From: Candidatus Acidiferrales bacterium | GTDB lineage: Bacteria > Acidobacteriota > Terriglobia > Acidiferrales > UBA7541 | NCBI GenBank assembly: GCA_050015335.1 | Contig: JBEKBP010000021.1 | Coordinates: forward strand, 18,319-82,318 | Direction of reading: 5' to 3' | DNA: 64,000 nt | Notes under the pieces: model-generated | What the model saw: only the letters and a program-made list of their open reading frames with translations | The model's database searches: none | What the model was told of the DNA's origin: nothing | Shown here: positions 46,813 to 61,535 of the stretch, one piece after another | How the letters are laid out: every line of letters starts with the position of its first letter | Numbering within the stretch: position 1 is the stretch's first letter | Translations under genes and position numbers: made by a program

Positions 46813-46861
46813 AGTAGAGTATCGGCAGCACAGACAGAGAAACCACGAGGGACTGCAGGCA

Positions 46862-47974
46862 ATGGAATTCAGCGTAAAGAAATTCGATCTACTCGACGAG
46901 CTTTCTCTCACACAGGGTGTTGTCGAACGGAAGACGACGATTCCGATCCTGTCCAATCTTCTTTGCGAGGCCAAGGGGAACCGCCTCTACATCACCGCGA
47001 CCGATCTTGAGCTCAGCATCCGCACATCGTGCGAAGCCAAGGTTAAAAAGGAAGGCGCCGGCACGATCCCGGCAAAGAAGCTTCTGGAACTCGCGCGGCT
47101 GCTCCCGGACGAGGAAATTAAATTCAAGCTACTCGAAAATCATTGGGTACAGGTCACCTGCGACCGCAAGTCGTACAAATTAGTGGGCATGTCCAAGGAT
47201 AATTTCCCTGCGCTACCCGGCTTTCCGCACGCGCTGGTGCAAATTCCTGCCAAACTACTCGCGGATGTGATTGCCAAGACGACGTTTGCTATTTCACTCG
47301 AAGAATCGCGCTACACGCTCAACGGCGCGCTGCTGGTGCTAAAACCCGGATCGATTACGATGGTGGCCACCGACGGCCACCGCCTTGCCATGGTCGAGAC
47401 CGATCACAGATTTGAGGGTTTCTCGGCTGAGACGCGTGTTTTGATTCCCAAGAAGGCCATGACCGAAGTCCAGCGGCTCGCGGCTGACGGCGGCGACGAG
47501 GGTTTGGTCGAATTCGCGCAGGACGAAAGCCACCTATTCTTCCAGTTTGGCGGCCGCCTGCTGACCTCGCGGAAATTAACCGGTCAATTCCCCAATTACG
47601 AAGCGGTTCTGCCGCGCGACGTGGACAAAACACTGGTCCTTGAGCGCGGAGAACTTCAGGACGCACTGCGCCGCGTGTCGCAGCTGGCCGACCAGCGTTC
47701 CCACGCCGTGAAGTTCATGCTCGCAAAGGAAGGTCTGGAGATTTCCGCATCCAGCCCGGAATACGGCGAAGCCAAAGAATCCATCGACAAGGAGTTCAAG
47801 GGCGAGCCCATAGCGATCGGCTTCAATGCGCAGTACCTTCTTGATTTTCTTGCCGCCGCCGCCGACGGTCCCATCAGCTTCGAGCTGAAGGATGAACAGT
47901 CGGCAGGCCAGTTGCGCCCCATCGCAGACGAATCCACGCGCTACCGCTACGTCGTCATGCCCATGCGCATTTGA
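46862..47974 (+). CDS. dnaN: DNA polymerase III beta sliding clamp
   Basis: Three-domain clamp of 370 aa in the conserved position after dnaA. The C-terminal MPMRI is typical. Confidence 0.92.
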   Translation: MEFSVKKFDLLDELSLTQGVVERKTTIPILSNLLCEAKGNRLYITATDLELSIRTSCEAKVKKEGAGTIPAKKLLELARLLPDEEIKFKLLENHWVQVTCDRKSYKLVGMSKDNFPALPGFPHALVQIPAKLLADVIAKTTFAISLEESRYTLNGALLVLKPGSITMVATDGHRLAMVETDHRFEGFSAETRVLIPKKAMTEVQRLAADGGDEGLVEFAQDESHLFFQFGGRLLTSRKLTGQFPNYEAVLPRDVDKTLVLERGELQDALRRVSQLADQRSHAVKFMLAKEGLEISASSPEYGEAKESIDKEFKGEPIAIGFNAQYLLDFLAAAADGPISFELKDEQSAGQLRPIADESTRYRYVVMPMRI

Positions 47975-48142
47975 TTGATCCGCCCTTGCATCTACATCCG
48001 AGCAGATGTCACCCGGCAGGCGGCCCCAACGGGACGCGCCTCCCGGGGCGGGGGGGTAAAGGCCACGCAAAAGCTGCATCTATCTATTACAGAAGTCGTT
48101 TTATATCATAGACTTATAGTTAGTATCGACGGTAGAATCACC

Positions 48143-48171
48143 TTGTTAAATGCAGCCTGTTCCGGTAAGAT
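48143..48171 (+). promoter_or_regulatory. Sigma70-like promoter TTGTTA-17-TAAGAT ahead of gyrB
   Basis: -35 at 48143-48148 and -10 at 48166-48171. A second candidate, TAGACT-18-TAGAAT, lies at 48109-48138. Either implies a leader of about 280-320 nt. Confidence 0.4.
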
Positions 48172-48442
48172 TTAGTCGTTGCGAAATCGGTCAGAAGCGT
48201 GTGCGATTCGCAATGATTCGCCATGAAATGTAGGCTTCGCCGCGCCTCCCCGAAACTTCGGAACGGGGCGGGATGGAGCGAGAAACCCCTTCGAGTCCCA
48301 GCTCGAACGTGAGCGAGACGGGGCCAATGGGCAAGGCAAGTTCGAGCACATCCGCGCGACAGCCTTCCCGAATTAGACCAAGCAACGGTTGACCAGTCGT
48401 CGAAAAATTGCTCTTGTTGAGCCACGCTAGCGAGCACACTGA

Positions 48443-50866
<2,424 letters not shown>

Positions 50867-50935
50867 ATTGGTTTTGGCTGCCCTAACCGAGCGCCGCGAG
50901 GGGATCTCTGGTGGGGCCGCCCAGCTGGCAAGGGG

Positions 50936-51292
50936 ATGCGATCGGTTCGAAGCCAGGCACAGCAACGAGGTCTTCGGTGGCTGAATGTAGGCCGATGGTG
51001 GCTCTGTGGCACGGGGCTTTTCGTGCTCGCGCCGCTCGTGCCGGAAATCATTCGGAATTACCGTAAGTGGCACGCGGCGCTGGGTTCCGATCCGTCGGCG
51101 GCCGGTTTTTGGCGGACGGCGTTTAATCTAGGGCTGGCGCGATTGGCGCTGGAGATGCTTCTGGTCGTGGCGATCTTTTTCATTCTAAAGCCGCGACCCG
51201 GCATGTTGGGCTCTGCGGCGGATTCTCAATCAAGCGCCAGAGCCGCAAATGACGCGAGGGGCTCACGGGCCGCTCAAAATAATAAGAGGTAG
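50936..51292 (+). CDS. Small two-TM hypothetical membrane protein between gyrB and gyrA
   Basis: ATG-initiated ORF with two hydrophobic segments. No SD is evident, so coding status is uncertain. Confidence 0.35.
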   Translation: MRSVRSQAQQRGLRWLNVGRWWLCGTGLFVLAPLVPEIIRNYRKWHAALGSDPSAAGFWRTAFNLGLARLALEMLLVVAIFFILKPRPGMLGSAADSQSSARAANDARGSRAAQNNKR

Positions 51293-51328
51293 CAATCCGA
51301 TTACTACCTACCAGGAACTGAGGGCCGA

Positions 51329-53995
<2,667 letters not shown>

Positions 53996-54317
53996 GAATG
54001 CGAACCAAGACGAGGGGTCGCTGGGGTTGACGGCTGCACGAGCGGGGTGGCTCGTGGTGCTGGCGGAAACCAAATGCGCCCCGTTCCGCTACAAACTTAG
54101 TCAATCACGTTGCGGCGGCGGCCGGTTCTGCCGGAAGAACCCCCAGACAGTTGCCGTCTGAGGTTTCGGTCCCGTCATCGAGTGTGCCCGGTCTGAAACC
54201 CGCCGAGGAGAAGTCGCCAAACAGGACAATCTCGAAGCCTGCGCAGCCAGCGGGTCGGCATCTCTAGCGGCACCGCCAGCGTAATTCCCGATGACGCCGA
54301 GCTCGATCGGAAAGGGC

Positions 54318-55472
54318 TTAACGGAGTGGCGTGTGGTCTTCGTTCGGCGGAGGCAAGTAGTATCCCGGGCGCGTGCGGACGGTCACTCCGGGACGATGCA
54401 CCTGGACTTTGATTTCGTGGTAGCCGGAAACTTGGTCGCCTGCCGGGCGATAACCGAGCGTGTACTGCGCATGGAGTTCGCCGCCGATTTCATCGATCGC
54501 CTCCTCGATCGAGCGGTCTTTCATGATGTTCAAATGCAGGCCGCCGGTCGCTTTGCTCGCCACTGCCAGAGAATTCGGCCCGAGCGCGTTCATTCCCGTC
54601 TTCACTAGCAATTCCGCCAGCGCGAGCAGATCCACGTTCTGTTGCATCTGGCGCTCAATGTCGGGCGTTTGCGGCATGCCGTTCGGCGTGGGCACGGGAA
54701 ATGTGCCCGGGGGGCCGATCTGGGTCGGGGGCGGTGGGTTTGGCTTCGAGCGAAACGCGGCCGCTGCCGTGCTGAGCCCGATCGAATAAATCGTCACGTT
54801 TGCCAGCTGTGCCTGCCGCAACACCTCGCCCAATTTGTTTTCGCTGCCCGTATCCTGCGCCTCGGCTAAGACCACCAGGATCCGCCGCCTCGTCGTTGCG
54901 CGTTCGTCGAGCAGCGAGACGCCCCGTGCCATCGCATCATAGAGGCGAGCGCCCGACATTCCCATGCGAAGGTGGTCGATGGTATCCTGCACGCGATCCC
55001 GATCCGTCGTGAATTTATCGAGCACGTCGACCTCGTCGTCGAATCCGATCACCGCCGCCTCTGCCGTCGGCGCCACGACCGTTTGCGAAAAAACGATTCC
55101 CGTCTTCCGGACAGCGGGAAGCAGCGGTTCGATGCGCGAACTCTTCTCGATGGCGAGGACCACCGAAAGCGCGTCGCCTCCCAAGTCAAAATGCTCGATC
55201 TTCTGTTCGGCGCCATCGTCGAATACGCGAAAATCCTTCTGCGTGAGATCGAACACCATTTCGCCCGAGCGGTCGACTACCGTGACCGGCGCGATTACTC
55301 CGTTCACGCGCACGCGGATGGACGGCTTGGGCGCACCCGGTGGCGTTTTTTCCGGCTGAACGCCGGGTTCTGGCGCAAGCGGGCCCGGCGGCGCGCCTTG
55401 GGCCAGTGCGCCTGGAACACATGTGAGAACAGTGAGTCCCAGCAGCGCCACGACACTTCTGAGGATGGTCAC
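54318..55472 (-). CDS. Secreted VWA (von Willebrand factor A) domain protein, acidobacterial type
   Basis: Signal peptide ...LLGLTVLTCVPGALAQ, then a beta-rich N-domain and a VWA fold (LVLAIEKSS, ILVVLAEAQDTGS). The start is uncertain; I chose GTG 55472, and the ATG at 55550 is the alternative. Confidence 0.65.
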   Translation of the reverse strand: MTILRSVVALLGLTVLTCVPGALAQGAPPGPLAPEPGVQPEKTPPGAPKPSIRVRVNGVIAPVTVVDRSGEMVFDLTQKDFRVFDDGAEQKIEHFDLGGDALSVVLAIEKSSRIEPLLPAVRKTGIVFSQTVVAPTAEAAVIGFDDEVDVLDKFTTDRDRVQDTIDHLRMGMSGARLYDAMARGVSLLDERATTRRRILVVLAEAQDTGSENKLGEVLRQAQLANVTIYSIGLSTAAAAFRSKPNPPPPTQIGPPGTFPVPTPNGMPQTPDIERQMQQNVDLLALAELLVKTGMNALGPNSLAVASKATGGLHLNIMKDRSIEEAIDEIGGELHAQYTLGYRPAGDQVSGYHEIKVQVHRPGVTVRTRPGYYLPPPNEDHTPLR

Positions 55473-55643
55473 AGCTGCTCTGATTCCCAACAAGGCTGCC
55501 GCGTTGCAACCCACAGGTCGCAGCGCTGCTGATCTCCCGGAATGACACATAGGAACGGCGCGCGGCTTTTAACCAACTGCGATGATCCGATTGCGCCTTA
55601 AGCAGCTTAGAATGGACCGTTTGCATTTATCGAGGGGGAATGA

Positions 55644-56510
55644 ATGGCGCGTCCGCATCACTTGCCCATGCCGAATCTGGCTTACGAAGATCCGAAGTTC
55701 ATGCACAGCCTGGGTGCCCGGCCGTTGCGCATACTGGCGGAATATTTTGATCCGCTGATCCGGTTGCGGCGGGCGAACGTGGGGGACACGATCGTGATGT
55801 TCGGCTCGGCGCGCATTCAATCGCGCGGTCAGGCGATGGCCAAGCTCAAGCAAGTCCGGCAGAGGGCCAGGGGACGGAAAACCCCCGAATGGCGTCTCAG
55901 GGTTCGCGCCGCGCGTTCCATCGTAGAGATGTCGCGCTACTACGAAGACGCGCGCGAGCTCTCGCGCCGAATCACCGAGTGGTCCATGACGCTTGGGACG
56001 CACCCCAAGCGCTTCGTCATCTGCTCGGGCGGCGGCCCCGGAATTATGGAAGCGGCCAATCGCGGCGCGGCCGAAGCCGGCGGCCATTCAGTTGGCCTAA
56101 GCATTCAGCTCCCGCACGAGCAACGCCCGAATTCCTACATCTCGCCTGAGCTGAATTTCTGCTTTCATTATTTCTTTATGCGCAAGCTGTGGTTTGCCCA
56201 GATGGCCAAGGCCCTCATCGTTTTTCCGGGCGGATTCGGCACGATGGACGAGCTGTGGGAGTTGCTGACGCTGTTACAAACGGGCAAGCTTTCGTCGCAC
56301 CATTTGATCTTGATCTATGGCCGGAAGTACTGGGATAAGGTTCTTAACTGGCGCTACATGGTGCAGAGCGGGACCATCAACGAGAAGGAGTACAAATTGC
56401 TGCAATTTGCCGACACGGTCGATGAGGCCTTCGACCACGTGCGCAAGGACCTGGAAACCCACCACTTAACCCTCGACGCGGAGTGGGAAACTCTCGCGCG
56501 TCACCTCTAA
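55644..56510 (+). CDS. LOG/TIGR00730-family nucleotide phosphoribohydrolase-like protein
   Basis: GAGGGGGA SD is present. The product has GGGPGIMEAANRGA and PGGFGTMDELWE motifs. Confidence 0.8.
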   Translation: MARPHHLPMPNLAYEDPKFMHSLGARPLRILAEYFDPLIRLRRANVGDTIVMFGSARIQSRGQAMAKLKQVRQRARGRKTPEWRLRVRAARSIVEMSRYYEDARELSRRITEWSMTLGTHPKRFVICSGGGPGIMEAANRGAAEAGGHSVGLSIQLPHEQRPNSYISPELNFCFHYFFMRKLWFAQMAKALIVFPGGFGTMDELWELLTLLQTGKLSSHHLILIYGRKYWDKVLNWRYMVQSGTINEKEYKLLQFADTVDEAFDHVRKDLETHHLTLDAEWETLARHL

Positions 56511-56523
56511 CACCGGGCGCGCC

Positions 56524-56838
56524 TTAGTTGTTGGAGACTTCGAGGTCCGCGGAAAAGACTGCCTTGAACCGGCGGGTTTCATCCTGGTCGTGCAGCAGCA
56601 CAACCGGCGAAAGGCGCAGCGAATGCCTGCATTCGCGGCAAGCCGTCATCTCACCTTGTAAATCCTGCACGAAGCCGTCACTCAAGTGATATTCCGACCG
56701 TGGGCGCCGTGCCGCTTTAGCTCCCTTGGCGCCGCAATGCGGGCAGGTAAACTCCACCAGGTCATCGGCAGGGTCACGGTGCAGTGCCGCCCAGCCGGTG
56801 TAGCGGAATCCGATTGTTTCCAAAGATGTTCTACTCAT
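56524..56838 (-). CDS. Small zinc-ribbon protein (CPHC...CREC), hypothetical
   Basis: AGGAGG is 8 nt before ATG 56838. The product has two CxxC pairs. Confidence 0.5.
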   Translation of the reverse strand: MSRTSLETIGFRYTGWAALHRDPADDLVEFTCPHCGAKGAKAARRPRSEYHLSDGFVQDLQGEMTACRECRHSLRLSPVVLLHDQDETRRFKAVFSADLEVSNN

Positions 56839-56975
56839 ATCAGCCGCCTCCTTTCCGCACAATATCCATATCGGGTTAGACGCAAAGCATAGACAATCGA
56901 TTCACCGGGCGGCAAAATCGCTGGCCGTCTCAAACCATTCTGGACGCAGCCGGGAGGAAGGTGTCTGCCAGAGTC

Positions 56976-57491
56976 CTAGAACCGGTAGATAATGCCCGTC
57001 CCAATTCGAGTGTTATGTTCCGCAAGGCCGCCGACGCGAGTCTGAATGATGTCGGCTTCGATGATGCGCCAGGACCATCTCGCCTTAATCTTCGCATCGA
57101 CTCCCAAGCCGAAGCCTGACGCGAGCGATTTACTCGCATAGCCCCCGCCGGTAAAGTACGCTGCACCAACCAACACGTGAGCAAAAGGCGAGATGCGTCC
57201 CCGCGGCCAACAGACTTGGGGGCCGAAAAGATAGGTGTACAAGCGGGAGTTGACACCCCCTACGTTGCCAAGTTCGCCTCCGAGGTCCGCCGCGACGCCC
57301 AGCCAGTTCCGAAGCTTGTACTGTCCGGAGAAATCCAAGCCGTTCAGGTTCACTGACGGTGAACTTTTAAAGTGCATGTAGGCGTACTCGCCAGAAAGCT
57401 CAATCTTGTCGCTCGGATCCTGAGCCCGCGCGGGAGCCAGCGCACCGCACATCAAGCCAAACAGCACCAGCAGGCATAGCTTTCGCAGCAT
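56976..57491 (-). CDS. Small outer-membrane beta-barrel protein (OmpW/porin-family-like)
   Basis: AAGGGGGA SD is present. Signal peptide is MLRKLCLLVLFGLMCGALAPARAQ. The protein has alternating beta-strand patterns and a C-terminal IIYRF. Confidence 0.7.
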   Translation of the reverse strand: MLRKLCLLVLFGLMCGALAPARAQDPSDKIELSGEYAYMHFKSSPSVNLNGLDFSGQYKLRNWLGVAADLGGELGNVGGVNSRLYTYLFGPQVCWPRGRISPFAHVLVGAAYFTGGGYASKSLASGFGLGVDAKIKARWSWRIIEADIIQTRVGGLAEHNTRIGTGIIYRF

Positions 57492-57905
57492 CAAATTCCC
57501 CCTTGGTCGAATCGTGCGCCCCTCCGAGCGCACTAGCTTACGTCGTCCGACGTCTCGTGCGCCAGTGCCTTCTGAAAATTCAAGACTCCTGCCAGGCCGT
57601 TTCTGCCCGCAAGCGGCGCTGCTTATAAACCCACGCAAGCGATCAATGGGAAGCGCAATACAAGAATTTTTCTGTAGCATACATCAATACTCAAAAACAT
57701 ATCTCTTCGAAATTACATATATGAGTTGATCGATGCAGTTTACTGTGCGAATTTTAGACTTGAGCGTGTCTCATTCGTATCTCTTGCGCTTGCCGCTCAA
57801 GGCCGATTTGGTAACCGACGTGCGAATTCGTTCCCGTCAGATCCGCTGGGGGGCAAGGGAGCGACGACACAACTGCGGACTCTTGCAGCGCAAAAGGGGG
57901 CTCGT

Positions 57906-60900
57906 GTGCCAAGACAAGCTACGCTTTGGTCCTTTCTTTTGGGAATTCTGACCGCGTCCCTGCTAGCCACCAGCACTGCAAGAGCGGATGTTTACGCCCG
58001 CATCCGCGGAACGGTCACCGATCCGACCGGGGCTGTCGTTCCTCGCGCTAGAATCATTGCGACAAACACCGCGACAGGGATTGCCACAGAGACGATCTCG
58101 GCCGCCGACGGCAGTTACCAATTCCCTCAACTTGTGGCCCCCGGAATATATTCGGTCTCGGCGGCGGCGACCGGGTTCAGGAGGGCTCAAATCACCGGCA
58201 TTCATCTAAGCCTGAATCAGATCTTGGTCGCCAATCTTAAACTGGAGCTTGGCACCGCGAGCGAGTCGGTCACTGTATCCCAACAGTCGATGGCTCAGGT
58301 CGAAGCGACCAGCATGGAACTGGGTGTCGTCGTTAACAGCAGCACGATCATCAACATGCCCCTGAATGGTCGCTATTGGACCGACCTGATGCAGCTGGAA
58401 CCCGGGGTCGTATCTGCCTCCGACGGCCGAGGCGGGAACGGACACGGAGGCTTTGCCACCAACGGCTCCCAGGCCGACCAGAACAGCTACCTCATCAACG
58501 GCACCGACAACAACGATCTGCCGTTGAACTCGGTGTCGCTCAACCCCAGTCCTGACGCCATAGCCGAATTCAAAATGGTAACCAGCACGATGAATCCCGA
58601 GTACGGCCGGAATTCGGGAGCCATTTTGAACGCGGTCATCAAGTCCGGAACCAACCAGTTTCACGGCGACGGGTTCGATTTCTACCGGGACACGAGTCTG
58701 AACGCCCGCAATTACTTCCAGCCCCTGCCTGCGGTATTCCATCGGAATACGTTCGGAGCTACGATCGGCGGCCCGATCCGCAAAGATCACACTTTCTTTT
58801 TCTTCTCCTACCAGGGAACTCGCCAGCGGCGTCCGGAAACTTCGGGAGATTGCGCTTGCGCTTCACCGGGCACGGTTCATGTCTTTAGCAGCGCTCAGCG
58901 CAGCGGCATTTTCCCAGATATTGCTTCCTCGGCCGATGTATCGCCATTCCCCTTGGTCGGCCCAAACGGAATCACATATCCTGCGGGAACAGCCTACGCG
59001 GTCATCTTCCCGACCGGACAGATTCCCGCGGCGGACATCAATTCGGTTTCAAGCAAACTGCTAAGCTTGGTTCCGGCGCCGACCGTTGGGAATGATTTTG
59101 AGTTCAATCCCGTCGTCGCAGCGTTAGACGACGAGTATCTTGTTCGACTTGATCATGCTCTTAGCTCCCAGGATGCCATTTGGGGCTATTTTTTGTGGGA
59201 GCGCTATGCGGACAATGAGGCGCTTCCGTTCCTGGGAGCGACCTTGCCGGGCTTCGCGCAAACCGATTCTGACCATTGGCAGCAGTACACGCTCGCGTGG
59301 AGCCATACCTTCAGCCCCACCACGATCAACGAAGTGCGCGGTGGCTACACGCGGCTCAACTACCAGTCGGTTATTCCGGCCACCCCGGCCTCGCCCTCCT
59401 CGGTTGGCTTCACGGGCATTACTCCTCAACTCACCAGCGGCGAGGGGCTTCCCGTCGTCTACGTCACCGGCCTATTCGATCTAGGTTTTTCTCAGGATGG
59501 TCCCCAGCCGCGCATCGATCAAACCTATCAGTTCACCGACAACTTCACGAAAATCGTGGGGCCCCATGCTCTGAAGTTCGGCTTTGAAATGAGGCGCTTC
59601 GAGGTGTACGCCCCGTTTGCTTCCCGGAACGACGGCTTCTTCAACTTCGGCGGCTCCGGTACGTTTTCAACCGGGGATGCCGGAGCGGACTTTCTGCTGG
59701 GCATTGCTGACAGTTATGAACAGGGCAGCGGTGACATCTTGAATGAAAGGGCCCAGGAGTATTACTCCTTTGCTCAGGACCAATGGAAGGTTCGCCCCAA
59801 CCTCACGCTCACATACGGGATGGGGTGGTCGATCGACACACCCATGGTGGACAACTACCATGACAATCACGCCGGAATCGCCTTCAGGCCAGGCCAGCAA
59901 TCCACCGTCTTTCCGACCGCTCCTGTCGGTTATGTGTTTCAGGGCGATGCTGGCGTCAACGCTTTCGGGACCACCAAGTATGACCATTTCGGTCCCCGGG
60001 TGGGCTTTGCATATTCGCCGCATTGGGGCCCTCTGACCGGAGACGCCGGCAAGACCAGCATCCGCGCAGGGTACGGTATTTACTACAACCGGTTCAACGG
60101 AGAGACGGCGCTGCAAACCGAGGGTTCTCCGCCATTCGCCGAGTTTTCCTTCGGGATCGGCGATCTCGGCGGATCGCCGAGCTTCGCCAATCCGTTCGCG
60201 GGATACTCACTGGGCACAGGGAAGACGGTGAGTGCGCTGTCGGAACCCAACAAGTTTCCCTACACTCCCGGCAAGACCCCCGATTTCTCTGTTCTCGAGC
60301 CCTTGGAGGTAAGCGTTTACGATCCCCACATCACCATCCCTTACTCGCAGAATTATAATGTCACCATCCAGCGTCAACTTGGTGCCGACACGGTTCTTGC
60401 CCTTGGCTATGTGGGAGCGCAGGGCCGGCATTTGCTTGAAACTCTCGAATTGAACCCCGGAATTAACCCTGCCGGCTGTGCGGCCAATCCCACGTGCGTG
60501 TCTAATCGCGCGTTCCAGCCAGTCGTATTCCCTGGCAACTTCAAGTATCCCGGGGACATATTTGCCTCCGTTGGAGACGTCACCACCGCGGGCAGTTCCA
60601 ACTACGATGCATTTCAGACCTCCCTGAACAAGAATCTTTCACACGGCCTGCAGTTTCTGGCCTCCTACACCTGGTCCCACGCGCTCGACATATCCTCAGG
60701 GTTTGAGAATTCCGGATTCGGCGGCAGCGGCTCCGGGGGCTTCGGGCAGCTCCGATCCACAAATCCGTTTGACCCGCATGTGGATTACGGGAGCTCGAAC
60801 TATGACGCAAGGCACCGTTTGGTCATCAGCTACGTCTACCAGTTTCCGAGCCTGCACCGCTCCCCGTGGATGCTTGACCGGTTTGTGGATGGGTGGCAGA

Positions 60901-61370
60901 TCAGCGGCATCACAACGTTCCAAAGCGGGTTCCCCCTTGACGTCGTAGATAGCAGCTATCCCTCTTTGACGTCGAGCGCCTACACGTTCTACACATACAG
61001 CGGCGGCGCTGGTTGGGACGTGCCCAACGTGGTTGGTCCAATCCAGTATATGAACCCTCGGACAAGCGCTAACAACGCATGGGTTAGTCCCAGCGCATTC
61101 CAACACCCTGCCTTCGGCGTTGAAGGCAACGCCGGCCGCGACATCCTGCGCGGGCCAGGACTGGACAACTTCGATTTTGCGGTGATGAAGGAGACAAAAG
61201 TCACCGAGAGCACCCGGATCGAAATGCGGTTGGAATTCTTCAACCTCTTCAACCACACTCAATTTGATCCGAATGGAATCACCACGGACATCAATTCTCC
61301 CGCATTCGGGGAAGAAACCGCGGCGCATGACCCGCGCATCATCCAGCTTGCCGGGAAGTTCTATTTCTAG
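57906..61370 (+). CDS. CarboxypepD_reg-domain TonB-dependent-receptor-like outer membrane protein
   Basis: AAGGGGG SD precedes GTG 57906. A signal peptide is followed by the GTVTDPTGAVVPRARI..TN..TG......AADGSY.F..L..G.Y block, a plug-like region, a long beta-barrel, and a terminal GKFYF. Confidence 0.8.
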   Translation: MPRQATLWSFLLGILTASLLATSTARADVYARIRGTVTDPTGAVVPRARIIATNTATGIATETISAADGSYQFPQLVAPGIYSVSAAATGFRRAQITGIHLSLNQILVANLKLELGTASESVTVSQQSMAQVEATSMELGVVVNSSTIINMPLNGRYWTDLMQLEPGVVSASDGRGGNGHGGFATNGSQADQNSYLINGTDNNDLPLNSVSLNPSPDAIAEFKMVTSTMNPEYGRNSGAILNAVIKSGTNQFHGDGFDFYRDTSLNARNYFQPLPAVFHRNTFGATIGGPIRKDHTFFFFSYQGTRQRRPETSGDCACASPGTVHVFSSAQRSGIFPDIASSADVSPFPLVGPNGITYPAGTAYAVIFPTGQIPAADINSVSSKLLSLVPAPTVGNDFEFNPVVAALDDEYLVRLDHALSSQDAIWGYFLWERYADNEALPFLGATLPGFAQTDSDHWQQYTLAWSHTFSPTTINEVRGGYTRLNYQSVIPATPASPSSVGFTGITPQLTSGEGLPVVYVTGLFDLGFSQDGPQPRIDQTYQFTDNFTKIVGPHALKFGFEMRRFEVYAPFASRNDGFFNFGGSGTFSTGDAGADFLLGIADSYEQGSGDILNERAQEYYSFAQDQWKVRPNLTLTYGMGWSIDTPMVDNYHDNHAGIAFRPGQQSTVFPTAPVGYVFQGDAGVNAFGTTKYDHFGPRVGFAYSPHWGPLTGDAGKTSIRAGYGIYYNRFNGETALQTEGSPPFAEFSFGIGDLGGSPSFANPFAGYSLGTGKTVSALSEPNKFPYTPGKTPDFSVLEPLEVSVYDPHITIPYSQNYNVTIQRQLGADTVLALGYVGAQGRHLLETLELNPGINPAGCAANPTCVSNRAFQPVVFPGNFKYPGDIFASVGDVTTAGSSNYDAFQTSLNKNLSHGLQFLASYTWSHALDISSGFENSGFGGSGSGGFGQLRSTNPFDPHVDYGSSNYDARHRLVISYVYQFPSLHRSPWMLDRFVDGWQISGITTFQSGFPLDVVDSSYPSLTSSAYTFYTYSGGAGWDVPNVVGPIQYMNPRTSANNAWVSPSAFQHPAFGVEGNAGRDILRGPGLDNFDFAVMKETKVTESTRIEMRLEFFNLFNHTQFDPNGITTDINSPAFGEETAAHDPRIIQLAGKFYF

Positions 61371-61535
61371 AGGGCTGTATCCGCGCCGAGATTCCCCCAG
61401 GGACCAAGAACACCTCGGGCCGATGTTCCCGAACCGGCCGGAAACCGCCTCCCGAAACTCCGTCTCAACCTCCGGGAGTATACTTCCAGTAGGGCGCCGA
61501 GGCCCCCGGATGCTAGACCGAAGAAGCTCCCCACG

